This document shows, in pieces, positions 8,354-21,770 of a stretch of DNA of 64,000 nt (position 1 is the stretch's first letter; every line of letters begins with the position of its first letter). The stretch comes from Rhodospirillales bacterium (GTDB lineage Bacteria; Pseudomonadota; Alphaproteobacteria; Rhodospirillales; UBA2165). The position numbers and the translations under genes are program-made. Location: the NCBI GenBank assembly GCA_016777585.1, contig JADHRD010000001.1:12943-76942 (forward strand), in the 5' to 3' direction. The notes under the pieces are model-generated. The model was not told the origin of the DNA, made no database searches, and worked only from the letters and a program-made list of their open reading frames with translations.

Positions 8354-11307
8354 TACTTCCTCTTCTTATTATTTTTTATTTTCTCTGGTTTATGGGCGGG
8401 AGGCATATATGGCTGAATCATATTATTCGTTTCACCATTTAACGCCTGATTAATTATCATATCCTGTTCTTTCTTATGAATACTTAGCGCCCCTGTAGCA
8501 GGGGAGGCCGAAGCCTTACGCCCCACATATAATACTTGAGATATATCCCGTAAACTAGAGTTTATGTCACGTAATATGTAATTGAGGCGGTCATTAACAA
8601 AATGCCAAGCACCCTGGTTAGAAGACTCTTCTTGGACCCATAATATTTCAGCATTTGCATATCTGCGAATTTGTTTTGTAATACCACCTCTTGGCCAAGG
8701 ATAAAGCTGCTCTATTCTAATGATTGCAACATCATGTATCTTTAAATCATCTCTCCTTTCAACCAAATCATAGTAAATTTTACCTGAACACAAAATAACT
8801 CGGCTAACTTTCTTGTCGGCAGTAATATTATCACTGCCCTCGGGTATAATTCTCAGGAAACCAGTTCCCGTCGCCATATCGGATAAACTAGACACATTAA
8901 GTTTGTGTCGTAGTAACGATTTAGGGGACATAACAATTAATGGTTTTCTATAATTACGCTTCACCTGCCGCCTCAACACATGGAAGAAATTCGCTGGTGA
9001 GGTAATATTAACAACCTGCATATTATCCTCCGCGCAGAGTTGCAGACAACGCTCAAGTCGTGCAGATGAGTGTTCAGGTCCTTGCCCTTCCATTCCGTGA
9101 GGAAGTAACATCACTAGACCAGACATTCTCAACCACTTAGACTCTCCGGACGATATAAATTGATCAAAAATTACCTGTGCCGTATTTGCAAAATCACCAA
9201 ATTGCGCTTCCCAAATTGTAAGTGTTTTAGGCTCAGCAAGTGAATAGCCATACTCATAACCCAAAACAGCAAATTCTGAAAGAGGGCTATCCATAATTTC
9301 AAATGCTGCCTGATTATCTCTATCAATTTCACTCAATGGAAAATAACGTTCCTCGGTTTTTTGGTCAATAATGGCAGCATGACGGTGCGAAAATGTTCCT
9401 CGTCCAGAGTCTTGACCCGACAATCGAATCGGGTGACCCTCTAACAATAAACTCCCATACGCAAGGGCTTCTGCCATTGCCCAGTCAATATTCGCACCAC
9501 TACTCATCATTTCAGACTTAGACTTTAATTGTCTAATAAGTTTACTATTAACATTAATACTCTCAGGAATGTTTGATAATGAATTACCAATTCTCTTTAA
9601 TATATTAATACCAACTGAAGTTTCTTCATCCCGCTTTTCCTCCTCATCCTTCAAAGCGGTCAAACCCTCCCATTTACCCTCAAGCCAGTCAGCCTTATTT
9701 GACTTATATCCTGAAGCTGCCGCAAATTCAGAATCCAAATGGTTTCTAAAATCTACCTCAATTTTCTCGATGTCAGACAATTCAAGAATGCCTTCACCTA
9801 AAAGTTTTTCCCTATAAATTTCTCGGGTAGTTGGGTGATTAGCTATCGCGGTATACATCTTTGGTTGTGTAAACATGGGCTCATCACCCTCGTTATGTCC
9901 ATGACGTCGGTAACAGAAAAGATCAATAACCACATCACGTTTAAACCTTTGGCGGAAGCGAACTGCTAACTCAGCGACACGAACAACAGCTTCAGGGTCA
10001 TCACCATTAACATGGAATATGGGTGCCTGCATACCCTTTGCTATATCTGTTGGATATGGTGTTGACCTGGAACTAGTCGGATTAGTGGTAAAGCCAATTT
10101 GATTGTTAACCACAACATGTACTGTACCCCCCGTTCTATATCCCTTAATTTGCGATAAATCCAATGTTTCTGGCACTATGCCCTGACCGGCAAACGCCGC
10201 ATCACCATGCATTAGTATCCCCATTACTTTTTCTCTAGTTTCATCTAATCTTTGCGCTTGCTTGGCTCTAACCTTTCCAAGCACGACTGGATTAACACAT
10301 TCCAGATGTGATGGATTTGCTGTTAAAGATAAATGCATCTTAAAATCACCAAATTCACGGTCTGCTGAAGCTCCAAGATGATACTTAACGTCTCCGGACC
10401 CTTGTACATCCTCCGGATAGGCAAGGTTACCCTGAAACTCCGAAAATATGGCGGCGTATGGCTTACCCATAGTGCGAGCTAGAACGTTCAACCTACCCCG
10501 ATGAGGCATGCCAATCACTATTTCCTCTATACCTTCAGATGCACTCGTTGTTAATAAACCTTCCATAAAAGGTATGAGGCTTTCACCACCGTCTAAACCA
10601 AAACGTTTAGTTCCAGTATGCTTCATTTGAAGATAAGTTTCAAAGCCCTCAGCTCTTACCAAATCTTTATAAATATTTGCCCTTAAATCTGATTTATAAT
10701 CTGATTTATAATCGATGCCTTCAATATTATTTTGTATCCATGCCCGCTCTTCAATCTCTTGGATATGCATGTATTCAACGCCTATCGATCCACAATACGA
10801 GTCTTGCATTATTTTAAGGATTTCTTTTAATGATGCTTTTTCTCTTCCTGCCATTGCGGACATACTATCTAAATAAATATCTTTATCTAAATCGTTATCA
10901 GTAAAATCATAGGTTCGGTAGTCTAACTCTTTATGATATCCCGCGCCTGATAAACCCAATGGATCAAATTGAGCGTGAAGATGACCTCTTACTCTATAAG
11001 AACGAATTAAAATCCGGGCTCTAATCGACCTTCTAGCAATTTCCTCAATATCACCACCCAAGCTCTGTTGTGACTGAATATCGCTTTCATTAGTCGGAGC
11101 ACCGTTACTAATTATTGAAGTCCTTGTTGGAGACCAACTCGCTCCGACATAATCTTTTGTTATGGATTCCACATCATCAGAAAATTCAGAAAAAAAATCT
11201 ATCCAACTTTGATCAATCGAGTAGGGATTTTCTTTATATTTGGCATATAATTCAGCGATATAAGCTGCATTTGCGCCTGTTAAAAATGTTTTGGCTGAAC
11301 CCGCCAT
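8353..11307 (-). CDS. sucA: 2-oxoglutarate dehydrogenase E1
   Basis: KRFGLDGGE, GMPHRGRLN, GDVKYHLG, NPSHLE, HGDAAFAGQG, WEAQFGDF and GQGPEHSSAR. Confidence 0.98.
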   Translation of the reverse strand: MAGSAKTFLTGANAAYIAELYAKYKENPYSIDQSWIDFFSEFSDDVESITKDYVGASWSPTRTSIISNGAPTNESDIQSQQSLGGDIEEIARRSIRARILIRSYRVRGHLHAQFDPLGLSGAGYHKELDYRTYDFTDNDLDKDIYLDSMSAMAGREKASLKEILKIMQDSYCGSIGVEYMHIQEIEERAWIQNNIEGIDYKSDYKSDLRANIYKDLVRAEGFETYLQMKHTGTKRFGLDGGESLIPFMEGLLTTSASEGIEEIVIGMPHRGRLNVLARTMGKPYAAIFSEFQGNLAYPEDVQGSGDVKYHLGASADREFGDFKMHLSLTANPSHLECVNPVVLGKVRAKQAQRLDETREKVMGILMHGDAAFAGQGIVPETLDLSQIKGYRTGGTVHVVVNNQIGFTTNPTSSRSTPYPTDIAKGMQAPIFHVNGDDPEAVVRVAELAVRFRQRFKRDVVIDLFCYRRHGHNEGDEPMFTQPKMYTAIANHPTTREIYREKLLGEGILELSDIEKIEVDFRNHLDSEFAAASGYKSNKADWLEGKWEGLTALKDEEEKRDEETSVGINILKRIGNSLSNIPESINVNSKLIRQLKSKSEMMSSGANIDWAMAEALAYGSLLLEGHPIRLSGQDSGRGTFSHRHAAIIDQKTEERYFPLSEIDRDNQAAFEIMDSPLSEFAVLGYEYGYSLAEPKTLTIWEAQFGDFANTAQVIFDQFISSGESKWLRMSGLVMLLPHGMEGQGPEHSSARLERCLQLCAEDNMQVVNITSPANFFHVLRRQVKRNYRKPLIVMSPKSLLRHKLNVSSLSDMATGTGFLRIIPEGSDNITADKKVSRVILCSGKIYYDLVERRDDLKIHDVAIIRIEQLYPWPRGGITKQIRRYANAEILWVQEESSNQGAWHFVNDRLNYILRDINSSLRDISQVLYVGRKASASPATGALSIHKKEQDMIINQALNGETNNMIQPYMPPAHKPEKIKNNKKRK

Positions 11308-11348
11308 TAACTTAATCCTTAGTAATCTAATATATCGAAGACTTGAAT

Positions 11349-12224
11349 TTAACTTTTCATCGTCTCCAACATTGTACTGCCCAAAGCAGCGGGAGAGTCA
11401 GCAACATTGATATCTGCACTGCGAAGTGCTTCAATTTTATCCATTGCTCCACCCTTACCACCGGCAATGATTGCTCCAGCATGACCCATCCTTCTTCCGG
11501 GCGGGGCTGTTACACCAGCGATAAATCCTACCACCGGTTTTTTAGTTTTTGATGACTTGATAAACTGGGCAGCCTCCTCTTCGGCTGAACCACCTATCTC
11601 ACCTATCATAATAATACCTTCCGTTTGATCATCACCAAGAAACATCTCTAAACAATCAATAAAATTAGTCCCATTTACAGGGTCTCCACCAATTCCTATG
11701 CACGTTGTTTGACCAAGGCCTACCGCAGAGGTTTGACCAACAGCCTCATATGTTAGAGTGCCCGACCTAGAAACCACCCCTATTTTTCCTCGTGAATGAA
11801 TATGACCAGGCATTATACCGATCTTACACTCACCTGGGGTTATAACACCTGGACAATTAGGGCCAATAAGTCGGGTATTTGAGCCTTTCAGTGCTCTTTT
11901 TACCTCAACCATATCTAATACTGGGATACCCTCAGTGATGCATATCACGAGAGGAATTTCGCAATCAATGGCTTCTAAAATTGCCTCAGCAGCGAATGGG
12001 GGTGGCACATAGATAACACTGGCGTTTGCATTCGCGTTTTCCTTTGCCTCAATTACGGTATCAAAAACGGGTAAACCAAGATGAATTGAACCACCTTTTC
12101 CAGGCGTAACACCTCCTACCATTTTTGTTCCATAAGCAATCGCTTGTTCAGAATGGAAAGTTCCCTGCGATCCTGTAAACCCTTGGCAAATAACGCGAGT
12201 ATCTTTATTTACTAAAACAGCCAT
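11349..12224 (-). CDS. sucD: Succinate--CoA ligase alpha subunit
   Basis: [18 protein letters not shown] start at 12224. [17 protein letters not shown] and RMGHAGA (phospho-His). Confidence 0.98.
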   Translation of the reverse strand: MAVLVNKDTRVICQGFTGSQGTFHSEQAIAYGTKMVGGVTPGKGGSIHLGLPVFDTVIEAKENANANASVIYVPPPFAAEAILEAIDCEIPLVICITEGIPVLDMVEVKRALKGSNTRLIGPNCPGVITPGECKIGIMPGHIHSRGKIGVVSRSGTLTYEAVGQTSAVGLGQTTCIGIGGDPVNGTNFIDCLEMFLGDDQTEGIIMIGEIGGSAEEEAAQFIKSSKTKKPVVGFIAGVTAPPGRRMGHAGAIIAGGKGGAMDKIEALRSADINVADSPAALGSTMLETMKS

Positions 12225-12225
12225 A

Positions 12226-13425
12226 TCATGCAGCCTCCTGAACCGCTTTGACAACCTTTTCGGCAGCATCCGCTAAATCATTTCCGGAGATAATGGGTAA
12301 TCCGGACTTCAATAATATTTCCTTACCTAACTCCACATTAGTTCCTTCAAGGCGAACTACTAATGGCACATTTAGAGCAACTTCCTTTGCCGCTGAGACA
12401 ATTCCTTCAGCGATCACATCACAGCGCATAATACCGCCAAAAATGTTTACAAGAATACCTTCAACATTCTTATCGGACAAAATTATTTTAAAGGCTGTTG
12501 TAACACGTTCCCGAGTTGCCCCACCACCAACATCAAGAAAATTGGCCGGATCACCGCCATGTAGCTTAATGATATCCATAGTGGCCATAGCCAATCCAGC
12601 TCCGTTTACCATACACCCGATGCTGCCCTCTAATTTTATATAATTTAAATCATGACGCTCAGCTTCCAATTCTGCCGCGTCTTGCTCATCTTCATCACGC
12701 ATTTCTTCGATATCTTGATGGCGATAAAGAGCATTATCATCAAAGTTCATTTTGGCATCAAGCGCTACAACTTCTCCCGCCTTTGTAACTACCAAGGGAT
12801 TTATTTCAATTTGGCTGGCATCCATATCGGTGAATGCCTCATACATTGACAAAAGAAATTTTACGGCAGATTTAACTTGGTCACCTTTAAGCCCAAGCCC
12901 AAATGCTATTTTTCTGGCATGAAAACTCTTCATGCCCGTTGCAGAATCAATATCAGTCGTTAAAATCTTTTCAGGTGAAGATGCCGCAACTTCCTCAATA
13001 TCCATCCCACCCTCCTGACAAGCAATCACCGTTACGCACGATGTTACTCTGTCAACTAATAAGCTAAGATAAAGTTCTCTCTCTATATCGCAGCCATCTT
13101 CTATATAAACACGCTTAACTTGTTTTCCTTCAGGCCCGGTTTGATGAGTAACGAGCACATTACCTAACATTTTTTCCGCAACATCTTTTGCTTCGCCAAT
13201 TGACTTGACCACTTTTACGCCGCCGCCCGAATAATTATCAATATTTTTAAAACTTCCCTTACCGCGCCCTCCAGCGTGGATCTGAGATTTTACCACCCAA
13301 ACGGGTCCCTTAAGGCCCTTTGCCACAACCTCGGCTTCACTCGAGGTATATGCAACACCCCCATCAAGGATAGTCACACCATATTGAGACAATACCTGTT
13401 TTGCTTGATATTCATGAATATTCAT
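12226..13425 (-). CDS. sucC: Succinate--CoA ligase beta subunit
   Basis: [43 protein letters not shown] and VVRLEGTN. Confidence 0.98.
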   Translation of the reverse strand: MNIHEYQAKQVLSQYGVTILDGGVAYTSSEAEVVAKGLKGPVWVVKSQIHAGGRGKGSFKNIDNYSGGGVKVVKSIGEAKDVAEKMLGNVLVTHQTGPEGKQVKRVYIEDGCDIERELYLSLLVDRVTSCVTVIACQEGGMDIEEVAASSPEKILTTDIDSATGMKSFHARKIAFGLGLKGDQVKSAVKFLLSMYEAFTDMDASQIEINPLVVTKAGEVVALDAKMNFDDNALYRHQDIEEMRDEDEQDAAELEAERHDLNYIKLEGSIGCMVNGAGLAMATMDIIKLHGGDPANFLDVGGGATRERVTTAFKIILSDKNVEGILVNIFGGIMRCDVIAEGIVSAAKEVALNVPLVVRLEGTNVELGKEILLKSGLPIISGNDLADAAEKVVKAVQEAA

Positions 13426-13519
13426 AGGGCTACAACCTCTTCACTTATTAATATTACAGGTATAATTAAAACCAAGTAAAAACCAGATATTTCTCTACTA
13501 ATCCAAATGCAGACACTTT

Positions 13520-14572
<1,053 letters not shown>

Positions 14573-14767
14573 CTAACCCAGTTCTCAGAATGATAAATTA
14601 ACTATATTTCTTGATTTCAAATACCGGTATACCTGACTTTTCACTTCATGTTTAAAACTCTTAATACCGCAGGTTTCGTAGCGCAAAATAAGTTTTAGAG
14701 CAAGCCTGTAACTTTCGAAATAAACAAAAAGAAATAATAGTTTATATAATGCGATATGATACAAGCT

Positions 14768-15910
14768 TTAGATAAGACCATGTGGTAATGCCACATACTC
14801 TTCAGATTGCATTTCCATTAAACGGGAGACTAAGCGTTGAAATTCAAAAGCACCTTCACCAAGAACATATAATTCCTGAGGTGGCGCATCAGCAGAACAA
14901 ATCAGATTGACTTTATTTTCATAAAGCGCGTCAATAAGTGTTATAAACCTTCTCGCTTCATTCTTTAAGCTTTCGTCCATTCTTGGAATATCATCTAGTA
15001 TTAGAGTATGGTATCGTCCTGCAATATCTAAATAATCTGCTGGCCCTAAAGGCTCGCCGCACAGCTTCGCAAAAGAAATTCTTGCGACGCCAGCAGCAGC
15101 AATGGGAATTATAACTACCCGACCCTTGACTTCTATCAGATCAACGGAGGGTGAATAACCCTCAGTAAGAGCCAAAAAATAATCATCAAGACTGACTGTG
15201 GCCTTTTTACCAAGTGGATAGTGATACACCCTCATTCCTAGTATCTTTTCCAATCTATAATCCTTGGAAGCTCCTAGGTACTCAATATTTAAGTTATTTT
15301 TTAATAATTTAATAAACGGTAGGAACCTCTCACGTTGAAGCCCGTCTTTATAAAGATCATCTGGTGGGCGATTTGACGTCGCAATAATTATAACATTATG
15401 TGATAATAGGCCCTCAAATAATCTGCCTAAAATCATAGCATCAACAATATTTACCACCTGTAATTCGTCGAAACACAATAATTTTGATTCTTCCACTATC
15501 GATTTCACAACAGCAGGCACAGGATCGCCACCTTCTGGATTATTTTTTCGGAATAAATTAAAACGCAAATGAATATCTTGAAGAAACGCGTGAAAGTGTA
15601 CCCGTCGTTTTTTCTTAATCTGAATACTGGAGTAGAACAAGTCCATAAGCATAGATTTACCCCGACCGACGTCTCCGTATATATAAAGCCCCTTTATCTT
15701 TATTTGGCGATTTTCTTTGAACCCCAGACGTTTTTTCCAAGTAAATGATTTTGAATTATTTTCAAGCGTCTCAATTTTTTGCAATAAAATTTGTAATTGC
15801 TGGGCCAGCACAGCCTGAGCCCTATCTGGCATTAAATGCCCAGAAGCCAATTTCTTTTCATACTCAGCAACAGGACCTTTTTTATCATTTACCGGAATTA
15901 TATTTGACAT
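14768..15910 (-). CDS. zapE: AFG1/ZapE family ATPase
   Basis: GLYIYGDVGRGKSMLMDLF (Walker A), RVHFH, LCFDE, TSNRPP and ARRFITLID. Usual position between sdhB and mdh. Confidence 0.94.
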   Translation of the reverse strand: MSNIIPVNDKKGPVAEYEKKLASGHLMPDRAQAVLAQQLQILLQKIETLENNSKSFTWKKRLGFKENRQIKIKGLYIYGDVGRGKSMLMDLFYSSIQIKKKRRVHFHAFLQDIHLRFNLFRKNNPEGGDPVPAVVKSIVEESKLLCFDELQVVNIVDAMILGRLFEGLLSHNVIIIATSNRPPDDLYKDGLQRERFLPFIKLLKNNLNIEYLGASKDYRLEKILGMRVYHYPLGKKATVSLDDYFLALTEGYSPSVDLIEVKGRVVIIPIAAAGVARISFAKLCGEPLGPADYLDIAGRYHTLILDDIPRMDESLKNEARRFITLIDALYENKVNLICSADAPPQELYVLGEGAFEFQRLVSRLMEMQSEEYVALPHGLI

Positions 15911-16000
15911 GAGTGGCTACTTACACTGATTTATAACAATCATATCTTGATCTTGTCTAGTTAACTACGGTGGCATAGGTTCTACTCAGCTAAAACAACC

Positions 16001-16777
16001 TTACATCCGTTCCAACATAAGTTTTTTAGTTTCAGCAATAGCCTTTGCTGGATTTAAAGACTTGGGACACGTTTTTGTGCAATTCATTATTGTATGACAA
16101 CGATATAATTTAAAGGGATCTTCTAAGTTATCTAAACGCGAACCAGTATTCTCATCCCTTGAGTCAACGATCCAACGGTATGCTTGTAATAAAATAGCTG
16201 GGCCCAAATATCTGTCTCCATTCCACCAGTAACTCGGGCATGAAGTCGTGCAACAGAAACACAATACACATTCCCACAAACCATCTAACTTAGCGCGTTC
16301 ATCTGGTGACTGCAGGCGCTCCTTGCCCGAGACTGGAGTATCAGACTGAACCCACGGCTTAATCGATGTATACTGAGCGTATGGGATTGATAAATCTGGC
16401 ACAAGATCTTTTATCACTGGCATATGTGGAAGTGGGTAAATCGCAGCGTCGCCTTTTATTTCTCTTATATCCTTAATGCATGCTAAAGTATTAGTGCCAT
16501 CCACATTCATTGCACACGAGCCACAAACTCCCTCTCTACAAGATCGTCGGAAAGTCAAAGTCGGATCAATTTCATTTTTAATTTTAATTAAGGCATCAAG
16601 AACCATGGGTCCGCACGTATCCATGTCTACTTCATAAGTATCAACCTGTGGATTCTCATTTTGATCGGGATTATATCGATAAATCTTAAACCGCTTAATA
16701 TTATTTACACTCGAGGAGGCCTTGAACGTTTGGCCTTCAGATACCGTTGAGTTTTTGGGAAGGGTTAATTCTACCAT
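16001..16777 (-). CDS. sdhB: Succinate dehydrogenase iron-sulfur subunit
   Basis: [29 protein letters not shown] and [14 protein letters not shown]. Confidence 0.98.
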   Translation of the reverse strand: MVELTLPKNSTVSEGQTFKASSSVNNIKRFKIYRYNPDQNENPQVDTYEVDMDTCGPMVLDALIKIKNEIDPTLTFRRSCREGVCGSCAMNVDGTNTLACIKDIREIKGDAAIYPLPHMPVIKDLVPDLSIPYAQYTSIKPWVQSDTPVSGKERLQSPDERAKLDGLWECVLCFCCTTSCPSYWWNGDRYLGPAILLQAYRWIVDSRDENTGSRLDNLEDPFKLYRCHTIMNCTKTCPKSLNPAKAIAETKKLMLERM

Positions 16778-16800
16778 TTTTATCTCCGTGCTTTAAAGCC

Positions 16801-18591
16801 CTAATAAACCCGAGCACGAGGCTCAATATAATCAACCTCATCGGTCAGTGTATACTCGTGAACTGGCCTATAGCCTAATTTGACTTTCATATTGCTATCA
16901 AGCCATGCCAATGAATGTTTCATCCACTTCTTGTCATCGCGATCAGGATAATCCTCATGCGCATGCGCCCCTCGCGACTCTTGTCTGGCCTCTGCACTAT
17001 AAATCGTAGTCTTAGAACAAGCCATCAAATTTTCTAACTCTAGTGCTTCAACTAAGTCCGAATTCCAAATCAAAGATCTATCACTGACACCAAGATCCTT
17101 TAAACCTTCAGCTGATTGATCAATTAATTTTACACCTTCTTTTAATATCTCAGAACTTCTAAAGACAGCTGCATTATTTTGCATTATTTTCTGCATATCC
17201 AACCTAACATTAGCAGTAGCTTCCTTACCTTTGGAATAACGGATTGCATCTAATCTAGCAATAGCCTCTTCACCCGTTTTTGAATTCGCAGATTTAATTT
17301 TTTTGTCTTTTTCAACGATTTTAACTGCTCGCTGTGCAGCTGCACGGCCAAAAACTACGAGATCAAGGAGCGAGTTTGTCCCTAATCGATTAGCTCCATG
17401 AACAGACACACATGCCGCCTCACCAATTGCCATCAAACCTGGGCAAATAGCGTCTGGGTCTTTCACTGTGGGCCTTAAAACCTCCGCATGATAGTTTGTC
17501 GGTATACCACCCATATTGTAATGTACAGTTGGCAAAACGGGTATAGGATCTTTAGTAGCATCAACACCAGAAAAAATCCTTGCTGTTTCAGTAATACCAG
17601 GCAGCCTATGGTTAAGTACCTCACCACCTAAATGCTCAAGATGCAGGTAAATATGATCATTTTCTGCCCCCACTCCCCTATTTTCTCTTATTTCGATAGT
17701 CATGGCTCGGCTAACTACGTCACGCGATGCTAAATCTTTTGCACTAGGAGCGTATCTCTCCATAAAAGCTTCGCCCTCAGAATTTGTTAAGTAACCGCCC
17801 TCACCTCGAGCCCCTTCTGTTATCAAACACCCTGCACCATAAATTCCTGTTGGATGAAATTGTACAAATTCCATATCTTCCATGGGCAATCCCGCTCGAA
17901 GAACCATCCCATTGCCATCGCCAGTACACGTGTGAGCTGATGTAGCTGAAAAATAACTACGCCCGTAACCACCTGTTGCTATTAATGTTTGGTGAGCTAA
18001 AAAACGATGAATAGTTCCATCTGCCAAATTCCAAGCCATTACACCACGACAAGCCCCATCTTCACTCATTATTAAATCAATCGCAAAATATTCAATAAAG
18101 AATTCGGCGTTATGTTTTAAACATTGTTGATATAAAGTGTGCAAGATCGCGTGGCCGGTTCGATCCGCGGCAGCGCAAGCTCTTTCCACTGGCGCCTCAC
18201 CAAAATTTCGCATATGCCCTCCAAAGGGACGTTGATATATTTTACCATCTTCAGTTCGTGAGAACGGCACACCAAAATGCTCAAGTTCATATACTGCAGG
18301 CGCAGCCTCTCTACACATATATTCTATGGCATCTTGGTCACCCAGCCAATCTGCCCCCTTAACAGTATCGTACATATGCCATTGCCAACTATCTTCATTC
18401 ATGTTGCCTAAGGCAGCCCCGACCCCGCCTTGAGCCGCGACTGTGTGAGATCTAGTTGGAAAAACTTTGGTAATACAGGCCGTATTTAATCCTGCTGCGG
18501 TCATACCGAGAGTTGCTCTAAGGCCTGCTCCGCCTGCGCCAACAACAATCACATCATGTTCATGATCAATGATTTCATATGTATCTATCAT
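16801..18591 (-). CDS. sdhA: Succinate dehydrogenase flavoprotein subunit
   Basis: [16 protein letters not shown] (FAD-binding His), QFHPTG, HYNMGG, HGANRLG and ESRGAH. Confidence 0.98.
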   Translation of the reverse strand: MIDTYEIIDHEHDVIVVGAGGAGLRATLGMTAAGLNTACITKVFPTRSHTVAAQGGVGAALGNMNEDSWQWHMYDTVKGADWLGDQDAIEYMCREAAPAVYELEHFGVPFSRTEDGKIYQRPFGGHMRNFGEAPVERACAAADRTGHAILHTLYQQCLKHNAEFFIEYFAIDLIMSEDGACRGVMAWNLADGTIHRFLAHQTLIATGGYGRSYFSATSAHTCTGDGNGMVLRAGLPMEDMEFVQFHPTGIYGAGCLITEGARGEGGYLTNSEGEAFMERYAPSAKDLASRDVVSRAMTIEIRENRGVGAENDHIYLHLEHLGGEVLNHRLPGITETARIFSGVDATKDPIPVLPTVHYNMGGIPTNYHAEVLRPTVKDPDAICPGLMAIGEAACVSVHGANRLGTNSLLDLVVFGRAAAQRAVKIVEKDKKIKSANSKTGEEAIARLDAIRYSKGKEATANVRLDMQKIMQNNAAVFRSSEILKEGVKLIDQSAEGLKDLGVSDRSLIWNSDLVEALELENLMACSKTTIYSAEARQESRGAHAHEDYPDRDDKKWMKHSLAWLDSNMKVKLGYRPVHEYTLTDEVDYIEPRARVY

Positions 18592-18598
18592 TTATTAG

Positions 18599-18979
18599 TT
18601 AGCCTCCATAGGCAATTTGAATTATTGCTACAAGGCTTGAAATAGCGAAAAGCACCGCAGCAAATTTATTAATTAGCAATAAAAATATTTTATTTTTTTC
18701 ACCATGAACGTAATCTTCAATAACCACCTGCAAACCGAGTTGCATGTGATAAAATAAAGCAATTAAAAATAGAGATAACAGCAATACACTGCCTGGCTCG
18801 TTGAGCCATGCCCTAAAGGCAAAAAGATCCATACCAATAAATTTCATTGCAGAATATACAAACCATAAAGTCAGGGGAATAAGCGCTAATGCGGATACCC
18901 TTTGTGCCCACCAATGAGATGTACCACTTTTTGAGCTACCTAATCCTTTTACTTTACCTAAGTCAGATTGTAATGACAT
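18599..18979 (-). CDS. sdhD: Succinate dehydrogenase hydrophobic membrane anchor
   Basis: GLGSSKSGTSHWWAQR and HMQLGLQVVIEDY. Confidence 0.96.
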   Translation of the reverse strand: MSLQSDLGKVKGLGSSKSGTSHWWAQRVSALALIPLTLWFVYSAMKFIGMDLFAFRAWLNEPGSVLLLSLFLIALFYHMQLGLQVVIEDYVHGEKNKIFLLLINKFAAVLFAISSLVAIIQIAYGG

Positions 18980-18985
18980 TTGAAG

Positions 18986-19378
18986 CTATCCTCCAACCAT
19001 TCCATATCCAAGAAACCAAGATCCAAATGTAAAAATAATCGATGAGAATACGACAATCCAGCCCGTAATATTTACATTAGTTAACCCAAATCCCATACCA
19101 GCATCCCAAAAAAGGTGCCTAATCCCATTGCACAAATGATAAAATAAGGCCCAAGTCCAACCAAACAGCAATAATCTGCCAAACCACGTTGCCATAAATT
19201 CTTGTGTGCGGGCAAATGCTTCTGGACCATATGCTGCCGAGTTTAACCAATAAACTAAAGCTAAAGCACCCACTGCCAGTCCCACTCCTGTAATTCTGTG
19301 CAAAATAGAGAGTACAGACGTAATTTGAGGCTTATAAACTTGTAAGTGAGGTGAGATCGGACGCGTTTGGGAATTCAT
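18986..19378 (-). CDS. sdhC: Succinate dehydrogenase cytochrome b556 subunit
   Basis: RPISPHLQVY, SILHRITG and HLCNGIRHLFWD. ATG at 19378 preferred over TTG at 19408. Confidence 0.96.
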   Translation of the reverse strand: MNSQTRPISPHLQVYKPQITSVLSILHRITGVGLAVGALALVYWLNSAAYGPEAFARTQEFMATWFGRLLLFGWTWALFYHLCNGIRHLFWDAGMGFGLTNVNITGWIVVFSSIIFTFGSWFLGYGMVGG

Positions 19379-19459
19379 AAATCTGGCCCTTTTTAAAGAC
19401 TGGCCCAAAAAAATGAGACCGTACTTTTACGTTAAAAAATATTTTATTACATTAAAAGT

Positions 19460-19488
19460 TTTGTAATCCCTTGATTGGGCCAAGTCAA
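19460..19488 (-). promoter_or_regulatory. Putative sigma70 promoter of the sdhCDAB operon
   Basis: Minus strand reads TTGACT-N17-TACAAA about 80 nt upstream of sdhC. Confidence 0.45.
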
Positions 19489-19552
19489 TGCAGGGAATTA
19501 GGAAAAATTCTATCCTTATTTAGTGGTAAGTTATTTACATAACCAATATTGG

Positions 19553-20572
19553 TTAAAAATATTCAGAGACTAATAATTCAGCAATCTGAACTGTATTAAG
19601 AGCAGCGCCCTTACGTAAATTATCTGCAACAACCCACATACTTAATCCGTTTTCCACGGTAATATCATCCCGTATCCGACTAACATAGACTGGGTCCTCG
19701 CCTGCACATTCAATCTGCGAGACATACCCCTCGTCAGCCCGATGATCTACTACTACTACTCCCTCAGCCAGCTTCAATGCTTCCCGAGCCTCATCTGCAG
19801 TAATCGGTTCATCAAATTCGATATTGACCGCTTCAGCATGCCCTATAAAAACTGGGACCCGAACACAGGTTGCAGAGAGTTTTATGGACGGATCTAATAT
19901 TTTTTTTGTCTCCACCATCATCTTCCACTCCTCCTTAGTATAACCGTCCTCCATAAATACATCTATTTGGGGAATAGTATTAAAGGCAATTTGCTTAGTA
20001 AAATTTTCCTGGAATTTAGATTCTGGCTCATTCATATAGATGCCTTTAGTCTGGTTGAATAACTCGTCCATTCCAGACTTACCGGCACCAGAAACTGATT
20101 GATATGTGGAAACAACAACCCTCTTGATATGAGCTAAGTCATGTAACGGTTTAAGGGCAACTACCAATTGGATAGTTGAACAATTTGGGTTTGCAATAAT
20201 ATTTCTATTTCGAAATTCACCAATTGCTTCTGGGTTTACTTCTGGAACAACGAGAGGAACATCTGGATCCATTCTAAATTGTGAAGTATTGTCTATAACA
20301 ACAGCACCTGCTGCAGTTGCCCTTGGTACAAATTCAGCGGACACCTTGGCTCCTGGGCTAGATAAAACAATATCTATCCCCTCAAAATCATAAGAAGCCA
20401 AATCATGTATTTTTAAAACATCTTCTTCACCATAGGATACTTCCGCACCAACGGAATTAGATGACGCTATTGCTGAAACGTCTTTTGCGTTTGTGCCTCT
20501 CTCAGATAAAATTTGCAGAATTTCCCTACCAACGTTGCCAGTGGCTCCAACAACAGCATATTTAAGGGCCAT
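19553..20572 (-). CDS. asd: Aspartate-semialdehyde dehydrogenase
   Basis: VVGATGNVG, IANPNCSTIQ, STYQSVSGAG, TCVRVPV and DNLRKGAALN. Start MALKY at 20572. Confidence 0.97.
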   Translation of the reverse strand: MALKYAVVGATGNVGREILQILSERGTNAKDVSAIASSNSVGAEVSYGEEDVLKIHDLASYDFEGIDIVLSSPGAKVSAEFVPRATAAGAVVIDNTSQFRMDPDVPLVVPEVNPEAIGEFRNRNIIANPNCSTIQLVVALKPLHDLAHIKRVVVSTYQSVSGAGKSGMDELFNQTKGIYMNEPESKFQENFTKQIAFNTIPQIDVFMEDGYTKEEWKMMVETKKILDPSIKLSATCVRVPVFIGHAEAVNIEFDEPITADEAREALKLAEGVVVVDHRADEGYVSQIECAGEDPVYVSRIRDDITVENGLSMWVVADNLRKGAALNTVQIAELLVSEYF

Positions 20573-20630
20573 AATTCGTCTCCATTTTTTCATTAACTAA
20601 CCAATCGAGGTAGTCTGGTATAGAGAGCCC

Positions 20631-21740
20631 TCAAGCAGCCAGCATATCTAATTCATTGATGACTGCATCACCCATGCCCGAAGTTGATACCAATGTTTTA
20701 CCATCACCGGTAATATCTGCAGTGCGAAAACCTTTATCAAGCGCATTCTGGACGGCTTTTTCAATTAACTCTGCATCGTCAAAAAGATCAAAAGAATACC
20801 TAAGCAACATTGAAAAACTTAAAATCTGCGCAAGCGGGTTTGCAATACCTTTTCCGGAAATATCCGGCGCGGTGCCATGCACAGGTTCATACAATGCCGC
20901 CTGTTTTCCATCTGAATCGGGGGCACCCAAAGATGCAGATGGAAGCATACCTAGCGAGCCCGTTAACATAGCCGCACAATCAGACAAAATATCACCAAAC
21001 ATGTTGGTGGTAACAACAACATCAAATTGTTTTGGATTTCTAACCAATTGCATTGCTGCGTTATCAACATACATGTGGCTTAACTCAATATCTGGATAAG
21101 AAGCCCCTATTTTTGTCATCTCTTCACGCCACATGACTGTTGTTTCTAAAACATTTGCTTTATCTATAGAGCATACTCGTTTATCGCGTTTTCCAGCTAA
21201 ATCCATAGCCACCTTTCCAATACGATGTATCTCAGGTGTTGTATAGGTCAGTGTATTGAAACCTTTTCTTATTCCGTTTTCTAACTCTTCAATACCGCGT
21301 GGCTCACCAAAGTAGATACCGCCCGTCAACTCTCTAATAATCATAATATCGAGGCCCTTAACAATGTCTAATTTAAGGGAGGAGGCATCAGCCAGCGCAT
21401 CAAATACAATAGCGGGACGCAAATTTGCGAATAGTCCAAGTCCTTTACGTATACCCAGCAGACCCCGCTCGGGCTGAACGTCAAAAGGTAGAACTTCCCA
21501 TTTTGGCCCGCCGACAGCTCCCATCAAAACTGCATCAGATTTTAATGCTGCTTCTAATGTTTCTTCGGGCAAAGGAACTCCGGTTTTATCGATCGCAGCT
21601 CCTCCTATTAATGCTTCTGTAATATTGAAACTAACCGACCGTCTTCGGTCCATCCAGTCAATTACCCTAAGCACTTGAGCTATAATTTCGGGCCCAATAC
21701 CATCACCGGGAAGAACTAATAAATTTTTAGCATTTGCCAT
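20631..21740 (-). CDS. leuB: 3-isopropylmalate dehydrogenase
   Basis: [36 protein letters not shown] and [10 protein letters not shown]. Confidence 0.97.
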   Translation of the reverse strand: MANAKNLLVLPGDGIGPEIIAQVLRVIDWMDRRRSVSFNITEALIGGAAIDKTGVPLPEETLEAALKSDAVLMGAVGGPKWEVLPFDVQPERGLLGIRKGLGLFANLRPAIVFDALADASSLKLDIVKGLDIMIIRELTGGIYFGEPRGIEELENGIRKGFNTLTYTTPEIHRIGKVAMDLAGKRDKRVCSIDKANVLETTVMWREEMTKIGASYPDIELSHMYVDNAAMQLVRNPKQFDVVVTTNMFGDILSDCAAMLTGSLGMLPSASLGAPDSDGKQAALYEPVHGTAPDISGKGIANPLAQILSFSMLLRYSFDLFDDAELIEKAVQNALDKGFRTADITGDGKTLVSTSGMGDAVINELDMLAA

Positions 21741-21770
21741 TTTTTCTCTTTCGTAATTTTATACTATTTA

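Noticed and set aside
14768-15910. ATPase within the TCA cluster as a novel component
   Set aside because: It is the known ZapE/AFG1 family, whose position next to sdh/mdh is common in alphaproteobacteria.
19471-19488. FNR/FixK-like box upstream of sdhC (TTGAT...GTCAA)
   Set aside because: The spacer is 8 nt rather than 4. It is better explained as a -35 element on the minus strand.
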